A stretch of DNA of 45,973 bases from an uncultured Lachnospiraceae bacterium (GTDB taxonomy: Bacteria; Bacillota; Clostridia; Oscillospirales; CAG-272). Position numbers and translations under genes: made by a program. The notes beneath the pieces are model-generated. The model did no database searches, was not told the origin of the DNA, and saw nothing but the letters and a program-made list of their open reading frames with translations. Where the stretch lies: NCBI GenBank assembly GCA_964461635.1, contig CAYWVC010000004.1, positions 1 to 45,973 of the forward strand, written 5' to 3'. Position 1 is the stretch's first letter, and each line of letters opens with the position of its first letter. Shown here in pieces: positions 20,798 through 30,543 of the stretch.

Positions 20798-20914
20798 AGC
20801 CTTCTCCTGCGGGATAAGGGGGACCGCGGCAGCGGTGGATGAGGAGTTACCTTCGCTCTCAATGACACCTCATCCGTCAGCCTTCGGCTGCCACCTTCCC
20901 CCACCGGGGAAGGC
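20798..20914. repeat. Multi-hairpin REP/MITE-like intergenic repeat, copy 2
   Basis: Near-identical to 6312-6427 in the same orientation; differences mostly in the central loop. Confidence 0.85.
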
Positions 20915-20987
20915 GATTTTCAGGCGGAGTCGCATCCGTGACGCAAAACGGCTTATGCAAGCCAACATCACGGTCGGCGGTTATGAT

Positions 20988-23375
20988 TCATTTCGCTCGT
21001 TTGAGCCGAGCGTAGGTCGCCATCAGCTTCTTCGTCCCCACACGGTCGAACATTATTTCATACAGAACGTCCGCCCCCACGGGCTTCGCGGATATTATTT
21101 CGCCGCGGCCGAACGAAAAGTGCTCTACGATATCTCCGGGCGCAAAGATCTCGCGCTTTGCGGAGCTCGGCGCAGGACGGACAACACCGCGGTCAAAGCT
21201 CATATCCGACTTTGATCTGCTATCGGAGAAATACACCTTCCCCGCTCCCGACCGCTCTCCGCGATAGGGTGCCGCATACGTTACACGCTCGTCCTTGATA
21301 GCATCGGGAATCTCACCTATAAACCTTGACGGCTGACTTATTACCGTCCTGCCGTATATCAGACGGTTTTCGGTATACAACAGATAGACGGCGCGCCGTG
21401 CGCGCGTTACCGCAACGTACGCCAACCGACGCTCTTCTTCAAGTTCTTCCTTATCGTACTGTGCCTGACTTCCTGGGAAGAGTCCCTCCTCCATACCGGG
21501 GATGAATACTATCGGGAATTCAAGTCCCTTCGCGCTGTGTACCGTCATCATAACGACGGCATCGGCATTCTCATCGTATCTGTCAACGTCGGCAACGAGG
21601 GCAGTCTCCTCCAAGAATCCGGTCAAGGTCGGATTTTCACTTCGGTTCTGATACTCAATGACTCCCGAAATAAACTCGTCAAGGTTCTCGATCCGCTCGC
21701 GCTCGGGTTCACCGCCGTCAATAAGCATCTGACGGTAGCCCGAACGGTCGATGACCTCGCTCACGAGGCGATCAAGCGAACAGCTGTCCGCAAGCTCGGT
21801 AAGTTGATTTATGAGCGCCGCAAAGCCGAGCAACGCGCCGCAGGACCTTGAAAGCACGGGATACCTCGCCGCATTCTCTATTATGCCGAACATATCGGTG
21901 CCCTGCTCCGCCGCAAGCTGAGATATACACTCAAGGGTCCGATCGCCGATCTTGCGCGACGGCACGTTGATGATCCTCAACAAGCGCTCGCGGTCGCTGT
22001 GATTGGCGATTAATTGAAGATAGGCAACGATATCACGTATCTCACGACGGTCGGAGAACCTTACGCCGCAGAGCACGCGATAGGGCGTGGCGCTCTTCGC
22101 AAATACCGTCTCCAACGCGTTTGACTGCGCGTTCGTGCGGTAAAGCACGGCAAAGTCCCGATAATGCCGCCCCTCGGAGGATACCATCCGCCCGATAGTT
22201 TCGGCAATAAACCTTGCCTCCGCATCCTGCGTGGCAAGCTTTCGAACGTATATCTTCTCGCCGCCCGAGTTGTCCGTCCAAAGGGTCTTGCCCCGTCTAC
22301 CCTCGTTATTTGCTATAATACTGTTGGCGGCATCAAGAATATGCCCCGTCGAGCGGTAATTCTGTTCAAGCTTTATCACGGCCGCATTCGAATAGCTTCG
22401 GTCAAAGCCGAGGATATTCTCAACCGTTGCCCCGCGGAAGCGATATATGCTCTGATCGTCGTCGCCGACGACCATAATGTTCCCGTGCCTTGAGGCAAGC
22501 AAGGATACAAGCGCAAACTGCGCCTCGTTGGTATCCTGAAATTCGTCAACGCTTATGTACCTGAACTGCTCCGCATATTTATCAAGCACCTCTTTGTTGT
22601 TCTTAAGCAGGAGCACGGTCTTCATAATTATGTCGTCAAAGTCAAGTGCGTTTGATCCCGCAAGTATCTCGGCGTATTTTTCATATATTCTGCCTATCTG
22701 ACGTTCGCGGTAATCGCCCGCCTCGGCGATAAACGCCTGCGGTCCCTTTAGCTTCTCCTTTGCGCGGCTGATGCGGTTGACGACCGTCTTGATCGGTATC
22801 ATCTTTTCGTCTATATTGAGGCTCTTCATAGCCGAGCGGATCGCCTTTTTAGTATCATCGATATCGTAGACCGAAAAGCCCGGCATAAGCCCGACCGACG
22901 CGGCATTCACGCGCAGTATGCGCATACACATCGCGTGGAAGGTCCCCGCCCAGATCGACGCCGCGGCATTCTCGTCGTCAAGCTCGGCGGCAAGCCTTTG
23001 CTTTATCTCCGCCGCCGCCTTATTGGTGAAGGTTATCGCAAGCATCCGCCACGGCGGACACGGATCGCTGATAAATTCCGGAAGGATATCGCAGATCTCC
23101 CCGTCCGACAGGCTCGCCGCGCGTTCAAGTGCCGAAACCTTCTCCTCCGTCAGTTCAAACGGAACACGGGTATCGGCGTACGCGTTACCGTACTTGATTA
23201 TCTGTACGATACGGCGCACGAGCACGGTGGTCTTTCCGCTTCCGGCACCCGCTAACACGAGCACGGGACCGTTCACCGTAAACACCGCGCGTCGCTGTTC
23301 TTCGTTTAGCTTTGCATTCGCCCTGTCAAACAGAGCCCTCTTTGCCGTAAGATATCTTGAATTCAAGTCTTTCAT
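20988..23375 (-). CDS. pcrA: ATP-dependent DNA helicase PcrA/UvrD
   Basis: AGAGSGKT, TFTNKAA, VDEFQDTN, VGDDDQSIYRFRGA, QNYRS, TVHSAKGLEF, EERRLAYVAVTRA, C-terminal Tudor-like domain; start set to ATG 23375. Confidence 0.95.
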   Translation of the reverse strand: MKDLNSRYLTAKRALFDRANAKLNEEQRRAVFTVNGPVLVLAGAGSGKTTVLVRRIVQIIKYGNAYADTRVPFELTEEKVSALERAASLSDGEICDILPEFISDPCPPWRMLAITFTNKAAAEIKQRLAAELDDENAAASIWAGTFHAMCMRILRVNAASVGLMPGFSVYDIDDTKKAIRSAMKSLNIDEKMIPIKTVVNRISRAKEKLKGPQAFIAEAGDYRERQIGRIYEKYAEILAGSNALDFDDIIMKTVLLLKNNKEVLDKYAEQFRYISVDEFQDTNEAQFALVSLLASRHGNIMVVGDDDQSIYRFRGATVENILGFDRSYSNAAVIKLEQNYRSTGHILDAANSIIANNEGRRGKTLWTDNSGGEKIYVRKLATQDAEARFIAETIGRMVSSEGRHYRDFAVLYRTNAQSNALETVFAKSATPYRVLCGVRFSDRREIRDIVAYLQLIANHSDRERLLRIINVPSRKIGDRTLECISQLAAEQGTDMFGIIENAARYPVLSRSCGALLGFAALINQLTELADSCSLDRLVSEVIDRSGYRQMLIDGGEPERERIENLDEFISGVIEYQNRSENPTLTGFLEETALVADVDRYDENADAVVMMTVHSAKGLEFPIVFIPGMEEGLFPGSQAQYDKEELEEERRLAYVAVTRARRAVYLLYTENRLIYGRTVISQPSRFIGEIPDAIKDERVTYAAPYRGERSGAGKVYFSDSRSKSDMSFDRGVVRPAPSSAKREIFAPGDIVEHFSFGRGEIISAKPVGADVLYEIMFDRVGTKKLMATYARLKRAK

Positions 23376-23407
23376 ATCCAAAATCTTTCTACAGTAGTTA
23401 TGTATCC

Positions 23408-23429
23408 GCCGCCCGAGGCATCGGGCGGC
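23408..23429 (-). terminator. Hairpin after small Q/N-rich ORF
   Basis: GCCGCCCGA-GGCA-TCGGGCGGC. Confidence 0.5.
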
Positions 23430-23446
23430 ATTGAATTGCTTGACCG

Positions 23447-23584
23447 TCAGCAACGGCCCCCGTTTTTGTTCTGTTCGTTCTGAGCCTGCTGCTGTTTTTT
23501 GTTTTGAGCCTGCTCCTGCTGTTGCTTGTTCTGTGCGACGTTCGACTGATTCTGACGGTTCTTTCCGTTTTGCTTTTCCTGCAT
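23447..23584 (-). CDS. 45-aa Gln/Asn-rich small protein (not in ORF track)
   Basis: AAGGAG-7 nt-ATG; MQEKQNGKNRQNQSNVAQNKQQQEQAQNKKQQQAQNEQNKNGGRC-TGA; followed by a hairpin. Confidence 0.7.
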   Translation of the reverse strand: MQEKQNGKNRQNQSNVAQNKQQQEQAQNKKQQQAQNEQNKNGGRC

Positions 23585-23669
23585 ATTATGGCTCCTTGCC
23601 GTATTTATTGACGGAGCCCGGCAATCGCGTGCTCCGCACCTTAATTATCTGCAGGATAGGCGGATTTTA

Positions 23670-25184
23670 TTATAAAAGCATATATTTTTCTTTCATTTCC
23701 TCATTTATACGATAAAGCGTCACCGCAAATATCACGGCAAACAGGAGCGTAAAGGCGAGCTCCAAAAGCCACGATACATCCTGAAAGAGTGAAAACAGGT
23801 TATAAACTCCCGCCATACTGCTGAGAAACTTATTCGTTGAAGATGCAAGCCACGAAAGGTTAATATCAACGCTTGCGGATCTGAACGAAAACACCCTCAA
23901 CGGACCGAAGACCGCCGCCAGAGTGCCAAACGCCGCGCTGACGACGAGCCGCCGCTTGAGAGCCCTGTGTATATCCCTTGCCCTATCGGAGGAATATCCG
24001 TCCGCGTGATGCAGCTCGTATCCCGTGCAACGCTCCGCCACGCGACAAAGAACGATACATATCAGCCATACCGAAGCCGCAAAAAGCATCGCCTCTATCA
24101 CCGACAGTATAAGATAGCCCTGCCACGCCCGATACGCCTCCGCATTGACCCTTATAGCGTACGAGCCGTAACGCTGACCGAACTCATAGTTAAGGATCCA
24201 CGTGACCGAAGCGACCGCGCCGTAAGCTGATATAACGGCGACAGCCGGCGCAAAGAGCTTTCCGGCATCCCTTCTCATCATCAGAATACCGACGAGAAAC
24301 CCGACGGCACAGATCAGGTCGGGCAGCGCACTTATACCCTCCTTGCCGCCGACGTAGATATCCGCCGCAAAAAACGCCGCCACACCGACTACGGTAAGGA
24401 TGATCTTAGTCCTCTTGCGTTCAAACAGTGCCTCGTTCGGGGCGACCTCCGCGGTGTACCGCGCTTGAAGCCCCCCAATGAATTCCGCATCGTCCGATAG
24501 CCCGCGCAGATATTTTTCAACACGGCAGAGCCAAACGATCCCCACCGTCAGCGAAACGGTAAAGCACAGCACACGAAGCATCCAAGTTAGGAATCCGGAT
24601 GCGTAATTATAGGTCTGCATCGAATTATCCACGATCAGAGACGTGAGCTCGGGGCATATCCCGCACAGCGCGCGTATCACGGCAAAGGCACGCGAAAAGC
24701 CGAATACCGCGTCGGTATAGCTGCGTCCGCTTCCCTTTTGAGACTTTTTCGGAGACTTTCCGGTCTGCGGTGCGTTGAAAACAACGGTACCGCCGTTGCG
24801 TGTTCCGAGATACAGAAGTCCCTCCGCCAGATTATTGAAAGCAATTATAAGCCATATACAGTCAAGCAGATCAAGCACGAATGTGAACAGGAGCAACGTC
24901 GTCGGCTGTTCAAACGCATCGGCAAGCCCGAAGGTGACAACGAACGCCACCGGCTTTGCCGCCGCAACAAGCGCAAGGCGGAAAAACCACCTCCGCGCCA
25001 CGGCGATCGACTCGTCAAGGTATGCAAGGTGTGCAAGCCCGCACGCTATCAGTAAATACCCGATAACGTCGGGCAGAATATCCATAAGCATCAATTCGGG
25101 GATAAAGAGGAACACCATTCCGGCGGCGACCTGATTAAGTCCCATAGCCTTTCCCGTTTTCCGTAACCTTTGCTCGGCGTTCAT
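23670..25184 (-). CDS. Hypothetical polytopic membrane protein
   Basis: 504 aa with many hydrophobic segments; AAGGAG RBS. Confidence 0.75.
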   Translation of the reverse strand: MNAEQRLRKTGKAMGLNQVAAGMVFLFIPELMLMDILPDVIGYLLIACGLAHLAYLDESIAVARRWFFRLALVAAAKPVAFVVTFGLADAFEQPTTLLLFTFVLDLLDCIWLIIAFNNLAEGLLYLGTRNGGTVVFNAPQTGKSPKKSQKGSGRSYTDAVFGFSRAFAVIRALCGICPELTSLIVDNSMQTYNYASGFLTWMLRVLCFTVSLTVGIVWLCRVEKYLRGLSDDAEFIGGLQARYTAEVAPNEALFERKRTKIILTVVGVAAFFAADIYVGGKEGISALPDLICAVGFLVGILMMRRDAGKLFAPAVAVISAYGAVASVTWILNYEFGQRYGSYAIRVNAEAYRAWQGYLILSVIEAMLFAASVWLICIVLCRVAERCTGYELHHADGYSSDRARDIHRALKRRLVVSAAFGTLAAVFGPLRVFSFRSASVDINLSWLASSTNKFLSSMAGVYNLFSLFQDVSWLLELAFTLLFAVIFAVTLYRINEEMKEKYMLL

Positions 25185-25243
25185 AATACTCCTTTCTTCG
25201 TTCGTCGGGACGTGTCACCCGAGGTAACGTCCGCCGAACGTTA

Positions 25244-25957
25244 TCATTTTTTGCGCCTTTTACGGCGCTCGACCTTCTTCTCGTATTTTTCCTTGCGATA
25301 CTCCGCGTCGCGTTGGCGGGCTCTCTCCTCGCGTTGATCAAGCTCGTCGTAAAAGCGATTGACAAAGCCGAAGCGCGACGGCTTGCGTTTCATTTCCTGA
25401 TCGCCCTCGTCACATATCATCATATAACAGCGGAATATCATCACACCGTTCATAATGAGGCAGACGAGCCAAAGCACAAGCGTCACGATAAAAACGGTTT
25501 GATCCACCAAAACGTCCTCGATCGTCACGGCATCGGTTATCTCCGAAACGAAGAACACCACGTAAAACGCGAGGTCGACCGCCGCAGATCGGCGTATGTT
25601 TTCAAGCCCCGTATCGCCCGATATCTTCATTATCGCCAGCACGAGGGTTATATGGAAAAACAGGTCGAAGACGATCTTCAAATACCTTACGCCGAGCCCG
25701 AACGCGCCCGAGGTGAAAAATCCCGGGAGCTCTACCGACACGATCTCACAAAAGCTGATCGACGCAAGCACAAGCACCGTCAAGCCAACACAGGCGACCG
25801 AGAAGAAGGCGTATTTGAACCTTGGCTCGTATTCAACGAGCTTCGTCAGAGCGTACAGCATCACGACACAGCCGATAAGCGCGGGAAATGCGCCGTAACT
25901 GCTGAACCACATCAGATACGTCATAAGATATCCGGTAAGCAACAGACCAAAGCCCAT
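25244..25957 (-). CDS. Hypothetical membrane protein with basic C-terminal tail
   Basis: About 6 hydrophobic segments, K/R-rich tail; co-oriented downstream of secA. Confidence 0.75.
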   Translation of the reverse strand: MGFGLLLTGYLMTYLMWFSSYGAFPALIGCVVMLYALTKLVEYEPRFKYAFFSVACVGLTVLVLASISFCEIVSVELPGFFTSGAFGLGVRYLKIVFDLFFHITLVLAIMKISGDTGLENIRRSAAVDLAFYVVFFVSEITDAVTIEDVLVDQTVFIVTLVLWLVCLIMNGVMIFRCYMMICDEGDQEMKRKPSRFGFVNRFYDELDQREERARQRDAEYRKEKYEKKVERRKRRKK

Positions 25958-26022
25958 ATATTTTCACCACGGCTCCCGCTTACGGGGGAGCCTTCCTTTC
26001 CCGTCTAAATGTATCTGCGGGA

Positions 26023-28800
26023 TCATTCCCGATTGGGGTTAGCTCCGCAACAGTTCTTGTATTTCTTGCCCGATCCGCACGGACAGGGATCGTTCCTGCC
26101 GATCTTCTGTTTGCCCGATATCGTAACGCCCTTCGGCTTTTGCGGAGCGGCGGGACGCTTTACGATCCTGCGTCCGTTGCTGCCCGAAAAGCCCTCGCCG
26201 GTCTCCTTTGCTACGCTGACCCGCTCGGTCGAACGGTCCCTCGGCATAACCGACAGGAGCATCCTTACCGTTCCGTCACGTATTTCCGCGATCATAGAGT
26301 CGAACATCTCGGCACCCACGATACGGTATTCGTTGACCGGATCGCGCTGAGCATAAGCCTGCAACCCTATCTCGTGCTCCAGGTTATCCATAGCGTCGAT
26401 ATGATCCATCCAATGGGTGTCAACGTTCCGCAGGAGTATCGAACGCTGTACCTCGCCGAAGATCTCCGGTCCGAACAGCTCCTTCTTCGATTCGTAAAGC
26501 TTCATCGCACGGTCGGTAAGCAGTGCCGAAAGATCCTCTTTCTTAAGCTTTTTCAGCTCGGCATCGGAGTACGTGAAGTCGTCCGGCTCACAAAGCAAGC
26601 CCATATAGTTGCTCCTCAAGCCGTCAAGATCCCATCCCTCTTTATCCTCTGCACGCGTATATGCCTCGACCGCGTCGTTTATCGTCCCCTTTATCATACC
26701 GATGACAGTATCCGAAACGTCGTCGCCGTTAAGGACCTCTCCGCGCTGTCTGTAAATTATCGCACGTTGCTGATTCATAACGTCGTCGTAGGTAAGAACG
26801 TCGCGGCGGCGCTTGAAGTTATTGTCCTCTATGCGCTTTTGCGCAGTCTCGATGGCGTTGGAGAGTATACGCATATCTATCGCCTCGTCGTCGGCGATAC
26901 CGAGACGGTCGACTATGCCCTGTATGCGCTCACCGGCAAAGAGCCTTATAAGATCGTCCTCGAACGAAATAAAGAATCTCGACTCACCCGGATCGCCCTG
27001 TCGCCCCGAGCGCCCGCGCAGCTGATTGTCAATGCGTCGGCTCTCGTGCCTCTCGGTTCCGAGAATGAAGAGTCCGCCGGCGGCTCTGACCCTCTCTGCC
27101 TCGGGCTCGATCTCACGCTTGAATCTCTCGTAATACTCGTGATATACGCGGCGAGCCTCCGTCACCTCGGCGTCCGAGGTCTGCGAGCTGCCGGTCGCCA
27201 CTGCAATAAGCTCCTCCGGGATGCCGTTCTTTCTCATCTCGGTCTTTGCCATAAATTCGGGATTGCCGCCGAGCATTATGTCGGTACCGCGTCCCGCCAT
27301 ATTCGTGGAAATGGTGACCGCACCGTATCTGCCCGCCTGAGCCACTATCTCCGCCTCGCGCTCGTGATACTTCGCGTTCAGAACGTTGTGCTTTATCCCC
27401 TCACGGCGAAGACGCGCGGACAGTGCCTCCGATTTATCTATCGTTATGGTTCCGACCAGCACGGGCTGACCCTTCCCGTGACACTCCTTGATCTGACGGA
27501 CGATCGCCTCGTACTTTCCCGCGACCGTCTTATAAACGTTATCGGGATGATCGGTACGGATCATAGGCTTGTTGGTGGGGACCTCCACCACGTCAAGGCT
27601 GTATATGGACCTGAACTCCTCCTGCTCGGTGAGCGCCGTTCCCGTCATTCCCGAGAGCTTCTCGTACATACGGAACAGGTTCTGGAAGGTTATGGTCGCC
27701 AAAGTGCGGTTTTCCTTCTGCACCTTCACGTGCTCCTTCGCCTCTATCGCCTGGTGCAGACCGTCGGAATAACGTCTGCCGGGCATAAGACGCCCCGTGA
27801 AGGAATCAACGATCACGACCCCGCTGTCGTTGACGACGTAATCCTCATCAAGGTGCATAATACCGTGTGCGCGGATGGCATTGTTCACGTAATGCGCAAG
27901 CTCGGCATTCTCGGGCTCGGTAAAATTCTCCACCCCGAAGAAGCTCTCTGCCTTTTTTGCTCCCGCCGGGGTAAGGATCACGTTGTGCTTCTTCTCATTC
28001 ACTATATAATCGGCGTCGATATCGTCGTATTCGACCTTCTCGTCAAGCTCCTTGATAACGAACTTTCGGAGCGTGCAGGCAAAGCGATCCGCCTTCGTAT
28101 ACATATCGGTGGATTCCTTGCCCTCGCCCGAGATGATCAAGGGGGTCCTCGCCTCGTCGATCAGGATCGAGTCCACCTCGTCGATGATCGCGAAAACGTG
28201 ACCGCGCTGAGTCATCTGCTCCTTGTATATCACCATATTATCGCGCAGATAATCGAATCCGAATTCGTTATTGGTACCGTAGGTTATATCGGCACGGTAA
28301 GCCGCCTGCTTTTCCTCCCTCGGCTGACCGTGAACGACGAGCCCGGTCGTAAGCCCGAGAAATTCGTACACCCGCCCCATCTCCTCACTGTCACGGCGGG
28401 CAAGGTAATCGTTTACCGTTATGATGTGCACGCCGCGTCCGGTCAGGGCGTTAAGATACGCGGGCATAGTTGCGACGAGGGTCTTACCCTCACCCGTTTT
28501 CATCTCCGCGATCCTGCCCTGATGCAATATGATGCCGCCGAGGAGCTGAACGTAGAACGGACGCTTGCCGAGCACACGGTCATCCGCCTCGCGCACGGTT
28601 GCAAATGCCTCGGGCAACAGTGAATCAAGCGTCTCGCCCGCCTCGTATCTTTGCTTGAATTCCTCGGTCTTATCCCGAAGAGCCTCGTCGGACAAAGCTC
28701 TGTATTCCTCACCGAGTGCCTCGATACGGTCGGCAAGCTTCTTTATTTTTTTGACCTGATGGTCGCTGTAACTGCCAAAAACCTTAGAAAAAAGTCCCAT
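26023..28800 (-). CDS. secA: Preprotein translocase subunit SecA
   Basis: MKTGEGKT, TVNDYLARRD, DEVDSILIDEARTPL, TNMAGRG, QLRGRSGRQGDPG, C-terminal SEC-C motif. Confidence 0.98.
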   Translation of the reverse strand: MGLFSKVFGSYSDHQVKKIKKLADRIEALGEEYRALSDEALRDKTEEFKQRYEAGETLDSLLPEAFATVREADDRVLGKRPFYVQLLGGIILHQGRIAEMKTGEGKTLVATMPAYLNALTGRGVHIITVNDYLARRDSEEMGRVYEFLGLTTGLVVHGQPREEKQAAYRADITYGTNNEFGFDYLRDNMVIYKEQMTQRGHVFAIIDEVDSILIDEARTPLIISGEGKESTDMYTKADRFACTLRKFVIKELDEKVEYDDIDADYIVNEKKHNVILTPAGAKKAESFFGVENFTEPENAELAHYVNNAIRAHGIMHLDEDYVVNDSGVVIVDSFTGRLMPGRRYSDGLHQAIEAKEHVKVQKENRTLATITFQNLFRMYEKLSGMTGTALTEQEEFRSIYSLDVVEVPTNKPMIRTDHPDNVYKTVAGKYEAIVRQIKECHGKGQPVLVGTITIDKSEALSARLRREGIKHNVLNAKYHEREAEIVAQAGRYGAVTISTNMAGRGTDIMLGGNPEFMAKTEMRKNGIPEELIAVATGSSQTSDAEVTEARRVYHEYYERFKREIEPEAERVRAAGGLFILGTERHESRRIDNQLRGRSGRQGDPGESRFFISFEDDLIRLFAGERIQGIVDRLGIADDEAIDMRILSNAIETAQKRIEDNNFKRRRDVLTYDDVMNQQRAIIYRQRGEVLNGDDVSDTVIGMIKGTINDAVEAYTRAEDKEGWDLDGLRSNYMGLLCEPDDFTYSDAELKKLKKEDLSALLTDRAMKLYESKKELFGPEIFGEVQRSILLRNVDTHWMDHIDAMDNLEHEIGLQAYAQRDPVNEYRIVGAEMFDSMIAEIRDGTVRMLLSVMPRDRSTERVSVAKETGEGFSGSNGRRIVKRPAAPQKPKGVTISGKQKIGRNDPCPCGSGKKYKNCCGANPNRE

Positions 28801-28958
28801 TTTTTCCTCCGAATACTTTAAATCATTTTATTATACATCATTTCGGAGCATAATGGCTTATGTTTTTGTAAATTTTATAAAATTTTCTTTTTTCTATTGC
28901 AGAGGACGACCCTCTCATAGTATAATATCCCCGAAATAACGACCGAAAGGCACTTTTG

Positions 28959-29471
28959 ATGGACATAAACATAGTACTTTGCGAGCCGGAGATCCCGCAG
29001 AACACCGGCAACATCGCCCGCACCTGCGCGGCGATAGGAGCCTCGCTCCACCTTATCAAGCCGCTCGGCTTTGAGATCGACGACCGGAAGCTTAAGCGCG
29101 CGGGGCTTGACTATTGGCATCTGCTCGATATAACCTACTACGAGGGTATCGACGACTTTTTTTCGAAAAATCCCGATGCCGCGGTCTACTTTTTCTCCAC
29201 CAAGGCACCGCGCAGTTTTTCCGAGGTAACGTACCCGAAAAAGGTTTATCTGATGTTCGGCAAGGAGACCGCAGGCTTGCCGGAGGAGTTGCTCCTGTCA
29301 CACCCGGACAGCACGGTAAGGATACCGATGCGCGATCACCTGCGTTCGCTCAACCTTTCGAATTCCGTTGCGGTCGCGGTTTACGAGGTCCTGCGTCAAC
29401 GGAACTACGAGGGCTTGCGCGGAGACGGAGCCCTTACACGGTATAGCTGGGAGACAACGCACGATGAGTAA
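28959..29471 (+). CDS. trmL: tRNA (cytidine/uridine(34)-2'-O)-methyltransferase
   Basis: PEIPQNTGNIAR, KRAGLDYW, FGKETAGL, RSLNLSN. Confidence 0.92.
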   Translation: MDINIVLCEPEIPQNTGNIARTCAAIGASLHLIKPLGFEIDDRKLKRAGLDYWHLLDITYYEGIDDFFSKNPDAAVYFFSTKAPRSFSEVTYPKKVYLMFGKETAGLPEELLLSHPDSTVRIPMRDHLRSLNLSNSVAVAVYEVLRQRNYEGLRGDGALTRYSWETTHDE

Positions 29472-30489
29472 AAGGGTTCTTTGCGCTATGAGCGGCGGGG
29501 TAGACAGCTCTGCCGCCGCTCTGCTGCTCTGCGATGCCGGATACGACGTTACGGGAGTCACACTTCGGCTTGCATCGGACGGCGAACGCGACGTTGCCGA
29601 TGCCGCGTCGGTCTGCCGCTCGATCGGTATACCGCACGTTGCGCTCGATATGCAAAAGGATTTCAGATCGCTTGTGGAGCTTCCGTTTTGCGAGGCATAC
29701 CTGCGCGGCGAAACCCCCAACCCTTGCATCGCGTGCAACAAATATATAAAATTCGGCTTACTGCTCGACTATGCCGACGAAAACGGCTATGAGATGATCT
29801 CCACGGGACATTACGTCGGCAAGACCGAATACCGGGGTCATACGCTCCTTCGCCGTGCGAACGACGAAAAAAAGGATCAGAGCTACGTGCTCTGGCAACT
29901 CCCCGAGAGCACCGTACAGCGCACGTTATTTCCACTCTGCGGACTTACGAAGCCCGAAATAAGAGCATTGACGGAGGCTCGGGGGCTCGTCGCCGCCGCG
30001 CGCTCCGACAGTCAGGATATTTGCTTCGTGCCCGACGGGAATTACGTCGCATTTATTGAAAAGCTTACCGGCACGCACACACCTCCCGGAAACTACGTTG
30101 ACGCAAGCGGCCGTGTGCTCGGCACTCACCGCGGACACGTCCGATACACCGTAGGTCAGCGCAAGGGGCTCGGCATAGCCCTCGGCGAGCCGGCATTCGT
30201 CACGGCAAAGGATCCCGCCGCCAATACCGTCACGCTCGGAAAAAACATGGAGCTGTTTAAACGTGAGATAACGGTTCGCGATGCAATTATCAGCGAGGCC
30301 TTTCCCCTGCCCGGCAGGTTCAAGGTCAAGCTCCGTTACGCACACAAGGCGGCGGATGCCGAGGTCTTCGATCTCGGTGACGGTCGGTTGCGCATAGTAT
30401 TCGACGAGCCGCAACGCGCCCCCGCAAAGGGGCAATCGGCGGTCGTATATTTTGAGGATCTGCTCTGCGGCGGCGGCTTTATAGAATAA
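29464..30489 (+). CDS. mnmA: tRNA 2-thiouridylase MnmA
   Basis: AMSGGVDS, TPNPCIACN, TGHY, KDQSY, SQDICF, YTVGQRKG; start set to ATG 29464. Confidence 0.93.
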   Translation: MSKRVLCAMSGGVDSSAAALLLCDAGYDVTGVTLRLASDGERDVADAASVCRSIGIPHVALDMQKDFRSLVELPFCEAYLRGETPNPCIACNKYIKFGLLLDYADENGYEMISTGHYVGKTEYRGHTLLRRANDEKKDQSYVLWQLPESTVQRTLFPLCGLTKPEIRALTEARGLVAAARSDSQDICFVPDGNYVAFIEKLTGTHTPPGNYVDASGRVLGTHRGHVRYTVGQRKGLGIALGEPAFVTAKDPAANTVTLGKNMELFKREITVRDAIISEAFPLPGRFKVKLRYAHKAADAEVFDLGDGRLRIVFDEPQRAPAKGQSAVVYFEDLLCGGGFIE

Positions 30490-30502
30490 GAAATGCCAAA
30501 AA

Positions 30503-30538
30503 TTCTGCCTCGGATGCGTTTATGCATCCGAGGCAGAA
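30503..30538. terminator. Bidirectional terminator between mnmA and phosphohexomutase gene
   Basis: TTCTGCCTCGGATGC-6 nt-GCATCCGAGGCAGAA. Confidence 0.7.
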
Positions 30539-30543
30539 CGATT

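Noticed and set aside
6312-20914. Repeat pair considered as a CRISPR array or as ends of a 14.6-kb composite transposon
   Set aside because: No repeat-spacer periodicity or cas genes; intervening genes are core housekeeping and no transposase is present
20763-21215. ORFs at 6133-6363 and 20763-21215 sharing the peptide AFSCG..GTAAAVDEE
   Set aside because: The shared peptide is just the translated DNA repeat; both ORFs overlap real genes
23431-23715. 94-aa plus-strand ORF
   Set aside because: Antisense to the better supported Q/N-rich ORF; no RBS
26140-28623. 827-aa plus-strand ORF
   Set aside because: Antisense shadow of secA, same reasoning
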